Counted from the stretch's first letter, positions 1-9,893 are shown. The stretch is 32,000 nt of DNA from Desulfotalea psychrophila LSv54 (GCF_000025945.1 NC_006138.1:2040001-2072000); one strand, 5' to 3'. A program made the numbers and translations. The notes: a model not told the origin generated them from the sequence alone.

Positions 1-632
1 AGTATAAGTCTCTGGTCGCAACTCCTGTCACCCGGGCCTATTCCATGGCCAACTATCCTGGGGAAAAGGGGATCATCAAGCTCAACGTCCGAATTGCCAC
101 GCCCCCTCCCGGTGAGGTGGCCGCGCCTCCGGGTAAGTCATCCTCATATATATTTAATCTTCAGGAGGGGGATGAGGTAACCATCAGTGGCCCCTTTGGC
201 GATTTTTTTATGGACGATAGTGATTCTGAGGTGCTTCTCATCGGTGGAGGTGCAGGAATGGCTCCACTGCGCAGCCATGTCTTTGATCTCTTTCAGGGCA
301 AGCATACTGGGCGTAAGGTCTCTTTTTGGTATGGTGGTCGGAGTCTGCAGGAGGTGTTTTATCAGACAGAGTTGAACGCCCTTGCCAATGAATATGATAA
401 TTTCACATATCATTTGGGGCTTTCTGATCCGCAAGAGGAGGACAACTGGACTGGGGAGGTCGGGTATATCCATCTCATCTTATATGAGAATTATCTCAAG
501 GATCATCCTGCCCCTGAGGATATCAACTACTATCTCTGTGGTCCGCCAGTAATGAACAGGTCAGTACAGGAGATGCTTGATAATCTGGGTGTTGAGCGGA
601 CAAATATTCACTTTGATGATTTTGGAGGGTAG
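1..632 (+). CDS. nqrF: Na+-translocating NADH:quinone oxidoreductase subunit F, C-terminal FAD/NAD(H)-binding part (5' end lies outside the window)
   Basis: The frame is open from the window edge (..[27 protein letters not shown]..). Rx[28 protein letters not shown] and the C-terminal DDFGG* follow the NqrF/FNR-family pattern. Confidence 0.88.
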   Translation, partial: YKSLVATPVTRAYSMANYPGEKGIIKLNVRIATPPPGEVAAPPGKSSSYIFNLQEGDEVTISGPFGDFFMDDSDSEVLLIGGGAGMAPLRSHVFDLFQGKHTGRKVSFWYGGRSLQEVFYQTELNALANEYDNFTYHLGLSDPQEEDNWTGEVGYIHLILYENYLKDHPAPEDINYYLCGPPVMNRSVQEMLDNLGVERTNIHFDDFGG

Positions 633-806
633 ATGATGGGGACATTTTTGCTTTTACTGCTCATTACATTTTGTCTCTTTCTCCTAGCGGCGGGCTTAGT
701 TAATTTTTCTAAGCGCCGCCAGGAAAAGAGCAAGCTCAGCTGTCTCTGTGGTGGGGCGGGGGGCAATCATTGTTCAGACCGGAAAAAGTCGTGCAAGGAG
801 CTTTAG
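633..806 (+). CDS. 57-aa single-TM Cys-rich protein, NqrM-like Nqr maturation factor candidate (too short for the ORF track)
   Basis: ATG directly abuts the nqrF TAG (TAGATG). My translation is MMGTFLLLLLITFCLFLLAAGLVNFSKRRQEKSKLSCLCGGAGGNHCSDRKKSCKEL*: one hydrophobic helix followed by a basic tail with 4 Cys. Position after nqrF matches the known NqrM (DUF539) arrangement. Confidence 0.55.
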   Translation: MMGTFLLLLLITFCLFLLAAGLVNFSKRRQEKSKLSCLCGGAGGNHCSDRKKSCKEL

Positions 807-2086
807 GTGGAGCTACCCGCCCTTTTCTTGCCCTGCTGGAAATGACGATGCTTGGCCAATATTTCCGTTAAGTGTACTACCTTAATCGTTGAACCCGCCG
901 AGGCAACGGCACTGCGCCACTGCATCAGGCAGCCGGAGCAGGTGGTGGTGATGATATCAGGGTTAAGGGCCAGGACCTTATCTCTCAGATCGTCACGGAT
1001 AGCAGTGGATATTTTCATCGCCGCAAGGGAAAACAGGCCTCCCATGCCACAGCACTGGGGGCCATCTGCCAGTTCCACCAGCTCTATTCCGCTACATTCT
1101 TTGAGTAGCTTACGAGGTTCATCGACGATATTCAGCTCGTTGCGGAAATGACAGGGGTCGTGGTAAAATACCCGTAGATTCTTTTGTTCGTTTACTGCCT
1201 TCTCTTCGCTCTTTTTCTCGTCCTTTTTCAAGGTCTGCAAAAATTCAGTCAGCTCGACACAGCGTCCGCTGATCCGTTTGGCCCGTTCCTGCCATGCCTT
1301 CTCATCTGCGAAAACATTTTCCAGGGAGTGCAGTTGGAAGAAGCAGGAGGCGCAGCTGACCAGAATCGGTCCCTCTGTTTTTTCTAAGGCGATAATGTTT
1401 TTTTCTGCAAGCCTTCTTGCCCCGGCCAGATCTCCAGCAGAAAAGGCACTGAGCCCACAGCAGGAAAGTCCTGTCGGCACCTGAAGACTGTAGCCTAGGG
1501 TGGCAAAGAAACGACGGTGTTTCTCCAGCAGGGCAGGGGTGATATAGCTGGTAGCACAACCGGGAAAGTAAAGCAGTGGCTGGAGATCAGGGTCTGTAGG
1601 CAACGGGCAGGGGGCTGTCGCCTCCGACTCTTTACTGTCTGTCAGATGATCTTCACTTAACATGGCCAGACGCAGGCGTAGGCCACTCTCGGCAGGTAGT
1701 CCTTTGGCTAGTAATCTGTCAAGGTGCAGAGCAATCTTGCGTAGGTGGACAAGCATTTGAGGGCGTTCAAGCGCTTTGCCTGCCAAGTATTTTTTGTAGC
1801 CACCCGGTATTACAGTGATTTCACTACGTACCTGCCGGACATGGGCAAGGGTGTCGATTCCCCGAGGGCATACCTGCGAGCAAGCACCACAGAGCAGGCA
1901 TTTGGAGAATATATCTTTAACGTCGGCGCCCGAGGCATCTTCCCCTATTTTTTGCAGGTGTTGTCGGCCGCGGGAAGAGTAAAATTCTTTGCCACCACTT
2001 GCCCTGTAAACAGGGCAGACCACTGTGCAGGCACCACAGCGGGCGCACTCTTTTTCCGGCCCTTTTTTTGTCTGCCCTTTTTTCAT
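803..2086 (-). CDS. (Fe-S)-binding oxidoreductase subunit, GlcF/LutA/HdrD-like (2x[4Fe-4S] ferredoxin motifs plus two CCG domains)
   Basis: CARCGACTVVCP and CLLCGACSQVCP cluster motifs; FPGC..CCGLSAF and YHDPC..CCGMGG cysteine-rich CCG repeats. Its ATG overlaps the prfB stop (TAATG). Confidence 0.8.
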   Translation of the reverse strand: MKKGQTKKGPEKECARCGACTVVCPVYRASGGKEFYSSRGRQHLQKIGEDASGADVKDIFSKCLLCGACSQVCPRGIDTLAHVRQVRSEITVIPGGYKKYLAGKALERPQMLVHLRKIALHLDRLLAKGLPAESGLRLRLAMLSEDHLTDSKESEATAPCPLPTDPDLQPLLYFPGCATSYITPALLEKHRRFFATLGYSLQVPTGLSCCGLSAFSAGDLAGARRLAEKNIIALEKTEGPILVSCASCFFQLHSLENVFADEKAWQERAKRISGRCVELTEFLQTLKKDEKKSEEKAVNEQKNLRVFYHDPCHFRNELNIVDEPRKLLKECSGIELVELADGPQCCGMGGLFSLAAMKISTAIRDDLRDKVLALNPDIITTTCSGCLMQWRSAVASAGSTIKVVHLTEILAKHRHFQQGKKRAGSST

Positions 2087-3196
2087 TATTTTCCCCAGAG
2101 TAGGAAGGCCTTGATAAAGCCATCGAGACCGCCGTCAAGTACAGCATCGACATTACCTGCCTCAAAATCTGTACGATGATCCTTAATTAGACGATATGGT
2201 TGCAGTACATAGGAACGAATCTGGCTTCCCCAGGAGATGCCCTTCTTCTCGCCGTGCAGTCCTTCCTGCTGATCTGCTTTTTTTTGCTTTTCGAGCTGAT
2301 ATATCTGGGCAATAAGCATCTTCATTGCCATCTCTTTATTGCGATGTTGAGACCTTTCATTTTGGCACTGGACAACAACGCCGGTCGGCAGATGGGTTAA
2401 ACGAATTGCCGAGTCGGTCTTATTTACATGCTGACCACCTGCGCCACTGGCACGATAGGTATCTACCCGCAGATCTTTTTCGTCGATATCAACATCAACC
2501 GTATTATCGAGTTCTGGCATGACCATCACCGAGGCAAAGGAGGTGTGGCGTCTGCCACTGGTGTCAAAGGGAGAGATCCGTACCAGGCGATGGATGCCAA
2601 GCTCTGAACGCAGATAACCATAGGCCCATTGCCCCTTGATCAGAATGGTAATACTCTTGGTACCTGCCTCATCACCGGGGAGTAAATCAAGGATCTCGGT
2701 CTTAAATTTATGGCGTTCCGCCCAGCGCAGATACATACGTAGGAGAATATCAGTCCAATCCTGGGCCTCGGTTCCACCGGCACCTGCGTGGATAGAAATA
2801 ATGGCGTTGCAGCTGTCATGTTCACCGATGAACATGCACTCCAGCTCGATGGCGGCCAGGGCGTTGGCAAAGCTCCCTAGCTTCAGCGCAATTTCCTGCT
2901 CAATTTCCTGGTCACCCTCTTCGGCGGCCATCTCAAGAAGCATTTCACTCTCTTCGAGGTCGTCCCACTTATTCTGCCAGCCTTTAACTTTATCCTGAAT
3001 CTGGCCATGCTCTTTTTGTATCTTTTGGGCAGTGGCAGCATCATTCCAAAAATTGGGGGCAAGGGTCTGACGTTCCAGCTCTTCTAGTTTTTCTATAAGA
3101 TGAGCTAAGTCAAAGATGCTCCTTCAAGGCCTGCAGTCTGGCCCTCAGTTCAGTGATTTTTTGTTTAGAGACCGCTGCTCCATCATCAATAGCCAT
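2086..3196 (-). CDS. prfB: Peptide chain release factor 2, made from two frames by programmed +1 frameshift
   Basis: The 285-aa ORF carries SGAGGQHVNKTDSAIRLTH (GGQ) and RF2-typical SPF (ISPFD). Upstream frame: ATG at 3196 (RBS GGTGGAAGG), 28 codons, then CTT TGA C. Reading GAC in +1 joins seamlessly to ..DLAHLIEKLEELERQTLAPNFWND... Total about 369 aa. Confidence 0.93.
3109..3123 (-). promoter_or_regulatory. RF2 autoregulatory +1 frameshift site (internal SD-like AGGAG, then CTT TGA C)
   Basis: The minus strand reads AAG GAG CAT CTT TGA C. In-frame TGA is at 3110-3112, slippery CTT at 3113-3115 and AGGAG at 3119-3123. Architecture matches the E. coli prfB site. Confidence 0.9.
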
Positions 3197-3230
3197 ATCC
3201 TTCCACCTCTTTATAATTCTAACAACTTGA

Positions 3231-4787
3231 TCATAATCGTTTGAGCTGGCAACTTTTCCTTCTGTAGAGGAGAAGATAGCCGCCCACTATCAATAAACAT
3301 AATGGCGCAAAAAGATAGCCCCAACAAACAAAAAACGTTCGTTTTTCCAGGAGAGGGATCTCTTCCACCCCCACCCAGGAACTAAAGAGTGGTGAGACCT
3401 GTACCAGCGTTCCCAAGGGGCTGATGAATGCCGAAAATCCCGTATTTGCAGAGCGGACTATACTGCGTCTTGTCTCAACTGCCCGCATAGCTGTCATTGC
3501 CAAACTATGATATGGGGCACTCGATCTACCATACCAGGCATCATTGGTCAAATTCACCAGAACATTAGCACCGGAGTCAACCCATTTTCTGGAGATGTCG
3601 GCAAAGACAGACTCAAAACAGATAAGCACCCCGGAACGGGCATTCTGCCAATCCAGGGTCTTCTCTACTCGACCCGGAGTGAAATCTCCCACGGAGACCA
3701 CAAGCGGTTCCAGAAATGGCAGGTATTTTCGAAAAGGGACATACTCTCCAAAGGGAACCAGGTGACTCTTGTAGTAGGATCCTGAGAATCCTTTCCGGGA
3801 GAGTAGTTGTGCACTGTTATAATAGTCTATATCGCGTGCTTTTTGATCGACAATCCGGAACCAGGGGGCGCCAGTAAGGAGAGCATAGTCATAGCGACTA
3901 ACGGAATCCTGCAGGGACTGGGTGTAGATAGACTTTTCCGGGTAGAAGGGGAGAGCGGTCTCTGGCCAGACAACCATCTCCGGTCTGTTTTGCCTGAAGA
4001 GCCCCTCGGTCAGGCCCAGATATTTTTCCACAGTCTGGCCTGTCTGATTGACAGACCACTTGAGGTTCTGTTCAATATTGCCCTGGACAATGGCCACCGT
4101 TATGGTCTTGGCCTCAGCCATTTCCAAGCTTATCTGTTTTTGCCGTAGCTGTGAATAGGCAGTTAGGGCAAGGATAATAAGCCACGGGGTAAGGAGGCTT
4201 ATTGGTCTTCTTTTAATTCTCCCACCTCTTAGGAAAAACGAGATAAGCTGGTAAAAAGAGACGTTCAGCATGATAATGACAAAGGTCAGGCCATGGTGGC
4301 CAAAGAGATCGGCAAATTGGAGCAGGGAGGGGGTAAGGGCAAGCCCGTAGCCCAGATCCATCCAGGGAAAACCGGTGAAGAGATATGCTCGTAGCCAATC
4401 AATTCCCACCCAGAGTGCGGGCAGGAGCCAGAGCCCGGCTCTGCCTGTCAGGAAGGTCCGGCCCACCAGGACAAAGGTAAGCAGGTATATGCTCATATAG
4501 AGGGCAAGCATGGCCAGGGCTGGCAGGGCAAGATAAAGGGGCAGCCCGCCGTACTGTTTGAGAACGATGACAATCCAGTAGAGCTGCCACATATAGTGAA
4601 CAGATCCTGCCAGAAGGGCGCAGGCACCTGCCTGTTTAGCTCCTGTTCCTTGTAGGGCAAAAAACAGAGGTATCAGGGCAAGAGGAAGCAGGGGCCAGAA
4701 GCCACCACTGCCTGGCATTGCCAGGGAGAGGGAGATGCCTGTAAGTAGGGAGAGGAGGTAGGGCAGGGATCGTCGACAGATATTCAT
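3231..4787 (-). CDS. lnt: Apolipoprotein N-acyltransferase
   Basis: Multi-TM N-terminal half plus a C-terminal CN-hydrolase domain (VVWPETALPF, YYKSHLVPFGEYVPF, LICFESVF). Lies 2 nt after the corC stop, the classic ybeX-lnt order. Confidence 0.9.
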   Translation of the reverse strand: MNICRRSLPYLLSLLTGISLSLAMPGSGGFWPLLPLALIPLFFALQGTGAKQAGACALLAGSVHYMWQLYWIVIVLKQYGGLPLYLALPALAMLALYMSIYLLTFVLVGRTFLTGRAGLWLLPALWVGIDWLRAYLFTGFPWMDLGYGLALTPSLLQFADLFGHHGLTFVIIMLNVSFYQLISFFLRGGRIKRRPISLLTPWLIILALTAYSQLRQKQISLEMAEAKTITVAIVQGNIEQNLKWSVNQTGQTVEKYLGLTEGLFRQNRPEMVVWPETALPFYPEKSIYTQSLQDSVSRYDYALLTGAPWFRIVDQKARDIDYYNSAQLLSRKGFSGSYYKSHLVPFGEYVPFRKYLPFLEPLVVSVGDFTPGRVEKTLDWQNARSGVLICFESVFADISRKWVDSGANVLVNLTNDAWYGRSSAPYHSLAMTAMRAVETRRSIVRSANTGFSAFISPLGTLVQVSPLFSSWVGVEEIPLLEKRTFFVCWGYLFAPLCLLIVGGYLLLYRRKSCQLKRL

Positions 4788-4789
4788 TA

Positions 4790-5662
4790 TTAGCTCTTGG
4801 CTCTCATATCGGTGATATGTACCTGAAGTATATGACGGTTTGTGGCATTTGTTATTTCAAAACGCAGTCCCGAGGACTCAACGATATCGCCCACAGCACC
4901 CAGGCGACCGAGGAGGTGGATAAGGAGGCCTCCCAGGGATTCATGCAGACCCTCGGGAAGCGTTACCCCAAAGTGCCTTTCTATTTTTTCTATGTCAATG
5001 CGGGCATGGGCGAGGAGCATTCCGTCACCAATCTCTTCAAGCTTATCCTGCTCATCGTCATATTCGTCGTCGATTTCACCGACGATTTCTTCTAAAATAT
5101 CTTCCATGGTGATCAGTCCGCGGATGGCACCAAATTCATCGGTCACCATTGCCATATGTGCCTTTCGTTTTTGGAAATCACGGAGCAGGTCGACAATGGG
5201 TTTTGCTTCGGGGATGAAGTAGATTGGGAGCAAAAAATCCTCAAGAGAGACAACCTGGGAAGAGTTGTTCATGGCAAGTTTGAGTAAATCTTTGACATGG
5301 ATAATACCGATGACCCTATCCGGGTTTTCCCGGTAGATGGGGATTCGGGTAAAACCTTGCTTAACAACACCGTCCACAATTTCTTCAACAGAGCTGGAAA
5401 TTTCAAAGGAGATAACTTCAGCAACAGGGGTCATAATCTCTGCGGCCTGGGTATCCCGGAAATCAAAAATGGAGTTGATCATCCTCTCTTCAAGGCTTGA
5501 GATAAGACCCTGTTCTTCGCCTTCCTCAAGTAACTCCTGGATCTCTAGTTCAAGGTCTTCCTTTGTTCCCGGTTTACCGAAGGAAAATAAGGAGGATAAT
5601 TTCTTGAGGAGGCTTTTCTGTTCACCCTCATCAGGAGGGTCTGCTTTTGTTTCTGCGTTCAC
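4790..5662 (-). CDS. corC: CBS-pair / CorC_HlyC transporter-associated domain protein (CorC/YbeX family)
   Basis: 290 aa. CBS-pair region (AAEIMTP..., VIGIIHVKDLL) and a C-terminal CorC/HlyC-like domain (LPEG..ESLGGLLIHLLGRLG..G). Synteny with lnt. Confidence 0.82.
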   Translation of the reverse strand: MNAETKADPPDEGEQKSLLKKLSSLFSFGKPGTKEDLELEIQELLEEGEEQGLISSLEERMINSIFDFRDTQAAEIMTPVAEVISFEISSSVEEIVDGVVKQGFTRIPIYRENPDRVIGIIHVKDLLKLAMNNSSQVVSLEDFLLPIYFIPEAKPIVDLLRDFQKRKAHMAMVTDEFGAIRGLITMEDILEEIVGEIDDEYDDEQDKLEEIGDGMLLAHARIDIEKIERHFGVTLPEGLHESLGGLLIHLLGRLGAVGDIVESSGLRFEITNATNRHILQVHITDMRAKS

Positions 5663-6081
5663 AGGCTATTAAATTGGTAGAATTAATCTTTAGGAGGTAA
5701 GATACTTGTTACCATTCTGGGGAATAACTATCTCCGATACTCTACAGGATAGTCTATAATAATGTACAAAGAATGATCATTAAAGAAAGGAAAATCAATA
5801 AGCTCTTTTTTTTATCTAAGCAGGTGCCAATAAAACATAAATAGCAGATGCTACCGCTATTTAGGAAAATTTAGAGCCAAAGGCTTTAAAAAAAATCTTT
5901 GCCAAAAGAGCCAAGCAAGATTATATTACTGTTGTTTATGCTCGGCCTTCTCTTTGAATTTAGATTATTTTAGCTGCTCAGCATAAGAGAAAAAAGCTCT
6001 ATAAATAAAGGCAGGATGTAAGGAACACACTTGCTTGATTACACCCATAACTGCCAATAATCACAACAAACGAGGAACAAT

Positions 6082-7485
6082 TTGGAAGGAAAAGTTCTTA
6101 TAGCTAATCGTGGTGAAATTGCCATTCGTATTATGAACGCCTGCAAAGACCTTGGACTTGACTACGTAGTAGTATATACGGATGCAGACAAAGATTCTGA
6201 ACATGTGCAACAAAATATCACCCAGGGTCCAGGACAGAACGCATGGCGCATCACGAATTACACGGAACCAAATGATATTTTTGCGATAGCCGATCACACC
6301 GGTTGTACTGCAATCCATCCTGGTTATGGCTTCTTCTCTGAAGATTTTCGTTTTGCCAGAAGGGCAACCCTTCGAGATCGCCCACTGACCTTTATCGGTC
6401 CGAATTGGGAGGTTATTAAGAACCTTGGTGATAAGATTAACACCAAAAAGGTTGCAAATGAACTGGGTATTCCCACAATCCCTGGAACTTCTGCTCCTAT
6501 CTACAATGAAATGGAAGCTGAGGAGATAGCCAGCAAACTCCTGCAAGATCAGCTTGCTCAGGGTATTGAGAATCCATCCATTCTGGTGAAAGCTGCCGCC
6601 GGTGGTGGTGGAATGGGAATTGAAGAGGTTACGGAAATTGAACAGTTTCGTCGTACCTATCGTCAGTTGCAAAACTATGCCAAACGTCAGTTTGGCGATG
6701 GTGGTGTCCTGATTGAGCAGTGTCTGCGAGATTATAATCACCTTGAAGTACAGTTGGTCTGCTCTAAGCATAAAGAGATTGTTCATTTCGGTTCGAGAAA
6801 CTGTACCATTCAGTCCACTGGTCGACAAAAACGGGTTGAGGCGGCACCGGGTTTTCACAGATCATGCTTTGACTATGACTTTGACGAAGAGAAGTTACTG
6901 GAGCAAATAGTTGAATACTCTATTCGCCTTGCCAAGCATGTTTCTTATGATAATGTGGGCACTTGGGAGTGGATTGTTAGTCGTTCCGGGCAACCATATC
7001 TGCTTGAGGTTAATACCAGAATTCAGGTAGAAAATGATATCTCTGCTCGTATCAGCTATCTGGATAACAAGCATCCGAATCTCCTGCGGGAACAGATCCG
7101 GCTGGGGCTGGGCGATAAGATGGGTTATAGCCAGAAAGATATCGTCTTTCGAGGTACCGCCATTGAGCTCCGTATTGTTGCTGAAGATACCCGCCGTGGT
7201 TTTGCTCCCTGGATTGGCACAATTGATGAGTTTAGCCTGCCTCAGTATGATTGGTCGGCAGTTTATACTCATGTACCAAGCGATAGACCCTACCCTATTC
7301 CTAGTGATTTTGATCCCAACCTTGCTCTCGCCCTTGTCTGGGGAGATAGCGTGGAGGAGGCCAAGGAACGGGCTGTTCAATTTTTAAAGGAAACAACTAT
7401 TAAGGGTAAGGATTCAAGCGGCCAACCGATTATTACAAACCTACCATATCTTAGGGATAATCTTTCCAGACTGTTAAAGTTCTAA
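6082..7485 (+). CDS. accC: Biotin carboxylase-like ATP-grasp enzyme (divergent AccC homologue), TTG start
   Basis: KVLIANRGEIAIRIMNACKDLG, IHPGYGFFSE, KAAAGGGGMGI and LEVNTRIQVEN align with E. coli AccC motifs (IANRGEIA, HPGYGFLSE, GGGGRGM, EMNTRIQVEH). RBS GAGGAA lies upstream of the TTG. Confidence 0.8.
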   Translation: MEGKVLIANRGEIAIRIMNACKDLGLDYVVVYTDADKDSEHVQQNITQGPGQNAWRITNYTEPNDIFAIADHTGCTAIHPGYGFFSEDFRFARRATLRDRPLTFIGPNWEVIKNLGDKINTKKVANELGIPTIPGTSAPIYNEMEAEEIASKLLQDQLAQGIENPSILVKAAAGGGGMGIEEVTEIEQFRRTYRQLQNYAKRQFGDGGVLIEQCLRDYNHLEVQLVCSKHKEIVHFGSRNCTIQSTGRQKRVEAAPGFHRSCFDYDFDEEKLLEQIVEYSIRLAKHVSYDNVGTWEWIVSRSGQPYLLEVNTRIQVENDISARISYLDNKHPNLLREQIRLGLGDKMGYSQKDIVFRGTAIELRIVAEDTRRGFAPWIGTIDEFSLPQYDWSAVYTHVPSDRPYPIPSDFDPNLALALVWGDSVEEAKERAVQFLKETTIKGKDSSGQPIITNLPYLRDNLSRLLKF

Positions 7486-7577
7486 GAAGATTGCCTTAAA
7501 ACGTATTTGTAATAACAAAATTCTACTAATAATAGGATCAGGTGCTTCCCTCTTTAAGAGAGCGCTGATATTTATAT

Positions 7578-9839
7578 ATGACTGAACAGTTAAAAAAATT
7601 GCATAAGATAGAAGAGAGGATCAACTATCTTCTGCAGGTAAAAGACTTCAACAACTGGGGAAATCTTGAAGAATTTAAGGCCGGTTGTGAGAGCATTAAA
7701 AACAGCATCTACGATTTCACCGCTGAAGAAACGGCCAGTGAAATAACTAAGCTTGACGAATCGATCTCCTTTCTTGAAGAGCGGGCGGAAGAACAGCTCA
7801 CCCCCATGGAACGGGTGCGTATTGTTCGCGCCACCCAACGCTTTTCGCTCAAGGATATTTTAGAAAATGTCTATGAGGATTATACCGAACTCGGTGGCGA
7901 AGAGGATGCTAATATTGATCCAGCAATGGTCTGCGCTAAGGCAACCATCGTTCGTCGCATAAAAGACAAGCCATACACCTCCTCTGTTATGGTCATTGGC
8001 CAGGAAAAAGGGCACGGTGAGGAGTATCGTAACGGTGGCTCCTGTAAGCCGGAGGGAAATGAAAAGGCCCTCCGTTATATGAAGGTTGCGGAAACCGAAG
8101 GTATTCCCATTCATTTCTATATCTTCACCCCTGGTTCTTATCCCGTTGAAGAGTATCCAGGTGCCGCTCAGCAGATTGCCCGAAATATTTATGCCATGGC
8201 TAAGCTCCGTGTGCCCATGGTATCGATTATCTCCGAGGGTGGTTCCGGTGGTGCAGAGGCCATTGGTCTCTCTGATTACCGGATGATGGCCTCCCATGGT
8301 TACTACTCTGTTATCTCTCCCGAGGGCGCGGCTGCCATCGAGGGACGGGTAGGCGAGGGAAAGAAGGTGCCCCGCGAGCTTATTGAGGTTTGTGCCGATC
8401 GTCTCCGTCTTACCGCTAAGGATAATCTTGAGCATGGTACCATTGATCGCATCATCCAAGAGCCTCCTTTGGGCGCTCATCGTGATGACTTTGCCTTCTT
8501 TGCCAAGGTGCGCTCGGAGATGATTCGGGCCACGGATCAGGTTGTTCTCTCTACCAAGAGCTTCAGTGCCCTGCGTAGTTATGAGCTCATGCGTAAAAAA
8601 TCTAAATCAGAAAGTGAAGAACTGCAGATCCAGGTACCTTGGGATCTGAGCCGGGATGAGATTCGTCGTCTGCTCAAACTACGCTCAAAAAAATATCTGA
8701 GCCTTGCCCGAAATGGTTTTACCGGCAGGATAGATAGCGCTGAGGGAAGCGGCAAGCAGCTTGCTATCAAGGCGGAAAAGCTCTACTACACGCTTCGCTA
8801 TGACATTCTTAAGAGCCACCAACGTCAGGTACGCAAGGTTATTACCGATGTCTCCGGTGAAAGTTCTGTCATGTTCAAAAAGATTATCGATCCCGTCCAT
8901 TCGGTTTTGAACACCATCAGTAACAAGGGCAAAAAAATCGGCAAAAGGCAACTTTCCTCGCAGAGTAGTTCGCCTGCTCCCAGGGTAGATCCACTTGAGC
9001 TGACCGGCACCTATACCAGTCCCCTTGCTAATCAGGATCGAACCATCTCCTGTCCTAATGCCGATAAGCATGGTTGTAAAGATATGTGGATTCCCGATCT
9101 CTTTGGTGAATTTGCCGGTGTCTGTGAAACATGTGGTCACCACTTTCCCATGGAACATCAGTGGTACCTGGAAAATGTCTTTGATAAGGGCTCCATCAAA
9201 AAATTTAATACCAATATCACTTCCGGCAATCCGTTGAACTATAAGGGTTTTATGGATCGTTTGAATGCTGCCAAAAAGAAGACCGGCGAGAAGGCCGGTA
9301 ATATGACCTTCTTTGCTGAGGTTGACGGTATTAAGATTGTAGTCTGTATGCTCTACTCAGATTTTAGAAGTGGCACATTCGGCTCTGCTGAAGGTGAGAA
9401 GTTTGCCCAGGCATGTGCCATCGCTCAACGAAAAAAGCGGCCGCTTCTTGCCTATGTCCATACTACGGGTGGCATCAGGATCCAGGAGGGTACTCTGGGT
9501 GTTGCTCAAATGCCAAAGTGTACCATGGCTGTGCGTGAATATATTGATGCAGGTGGCCTTTATATGGTTGTCTATGACAATAACTCCTATGCAGGGCCTG
9601 TGGCATCTTTTCTGGGATGTTCTCCCTACCAATTTGCCATTCGCTCCAGTCGAGTGGGCTTTGCCGGTCCTCGCGTTATTCGAGAGACCACTGGTATCGA
9701 TATACCACCTGATTACCACTCAGCTCGCAATGCCCTGCGCCGCGGACATATCCAGGGTATCTGGGACAGAAGAGAGTTTCGCCGAAACTTGCATAAGTCT
9801 CTTCTCACTATGGGAAGCTCAAGTCTCTACTATCGTTAA
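7578..9839 (+). CDS. Fused carboxyltransferase, AccA-like N-terminal half plus AccD-like C-terminal half with a zinc-ribbon-like Cys motif
   Basis: The N-terminal half resembles AccA (LTPMERVRIVRATQR.., IHFYIFTPGSYP..GAAQQIARNIYAMAKLRVPMVSIISEGGSGGAEA). The C-terminal half resembles AccD (CPNADKHGC...CETCGHHFPM.., then crotonase-fold HTTGGIRIQEG.., GFAGPRVI). Confidence 0.8.
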   Translation: MTEQLKKLHKIEERINYLLQVKDFNNWGNLEEFKAGCESIKNSIYDFTAEETASEITKLDESISFLEERAEEQLTPMERVRIVRATQRFSLKDILENVYEDYTELGGEEDANIDPAMVCAKATIVRRIKDKPYTSSVMVIGQEKGHGEEYRNGGSCKPEGNEKALRYMKVAETEGIPIHFYIFTPGSYPVEEYPGAAQQIARNIYAMAKLRVPMVSIISEGGSGGAEAIGLSDYRMMASHGYYSVISPEGAAAIEGRVGEGKKVPRELIEVCADRLRLTAKDNLEHGTIDRIIQEPPLGAHRDDFAFFAKVRSEMIRATDQVVLSTKSFSALRSYELMRKKSKSESEELQIQVPWDLSRDEIRRLLKLRSKKYLSLARNGFTGRIDSAEGSGKQLAIKAEKLYYTLRYDILKSHQRQVRKVITDVSGESSVMFKKIIDPVHSVLNTISNKGKKIGKRQLSSQSSSPAPRVDPLELTGTYTSPLANQDRTISCPNADKHGCKDMWIPDLFGEFAGVCETCGHHFPMEHQWYLENVFDKGSIKKFNTNITSGNPLNYKGFMDRLNAAKKKTGEKAGNMTFFAEVDGIKIVVCMLYSDFRSGTFGSAEGEKFAQACAIAQRKKRPLLAYVHTTGGIRIQEGTLGVAQMPKCTMAVREYIDAGGLYMVVYDNNSYAGPVASFLGCSPYQFAIRSSRVGFAGPRVIRETTGIDIPPDYHSARNALRRGHIQGIWDRREFRRNLHKSLLTMGSSSLYYR

Positions 9840-9862
9840 TTAGGGGCAGTTGATCGTTTAAG

Positions 9863-9893
9863 GGCCTGGCAGATTATGTCAGGCCTTTTTTTT
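9863..9893 (+). terminator. Rho-independent terminator after the carboxyltransferase gene
   Basis: GGCCTG..(loop)..CAGGCC hairpin followed by an 8-T run (aggccttttttttat). Confidence 0.7.

Noticed and set aside
6061-6858. 265-aa minus-strand ORF overlapping accC. Similar long antisense ORFs lie at 7860-8480, 8685-9158, 20461-21321, 21373-22323, 23047-23859, 19555-20229, 13455-13964 and 11035-11601.
   Set aside because: Each lies entirely antisense to a gene with clear family motifs. Their translations are low-complexity with no recognisable motifs, so they are shadow ORFs.
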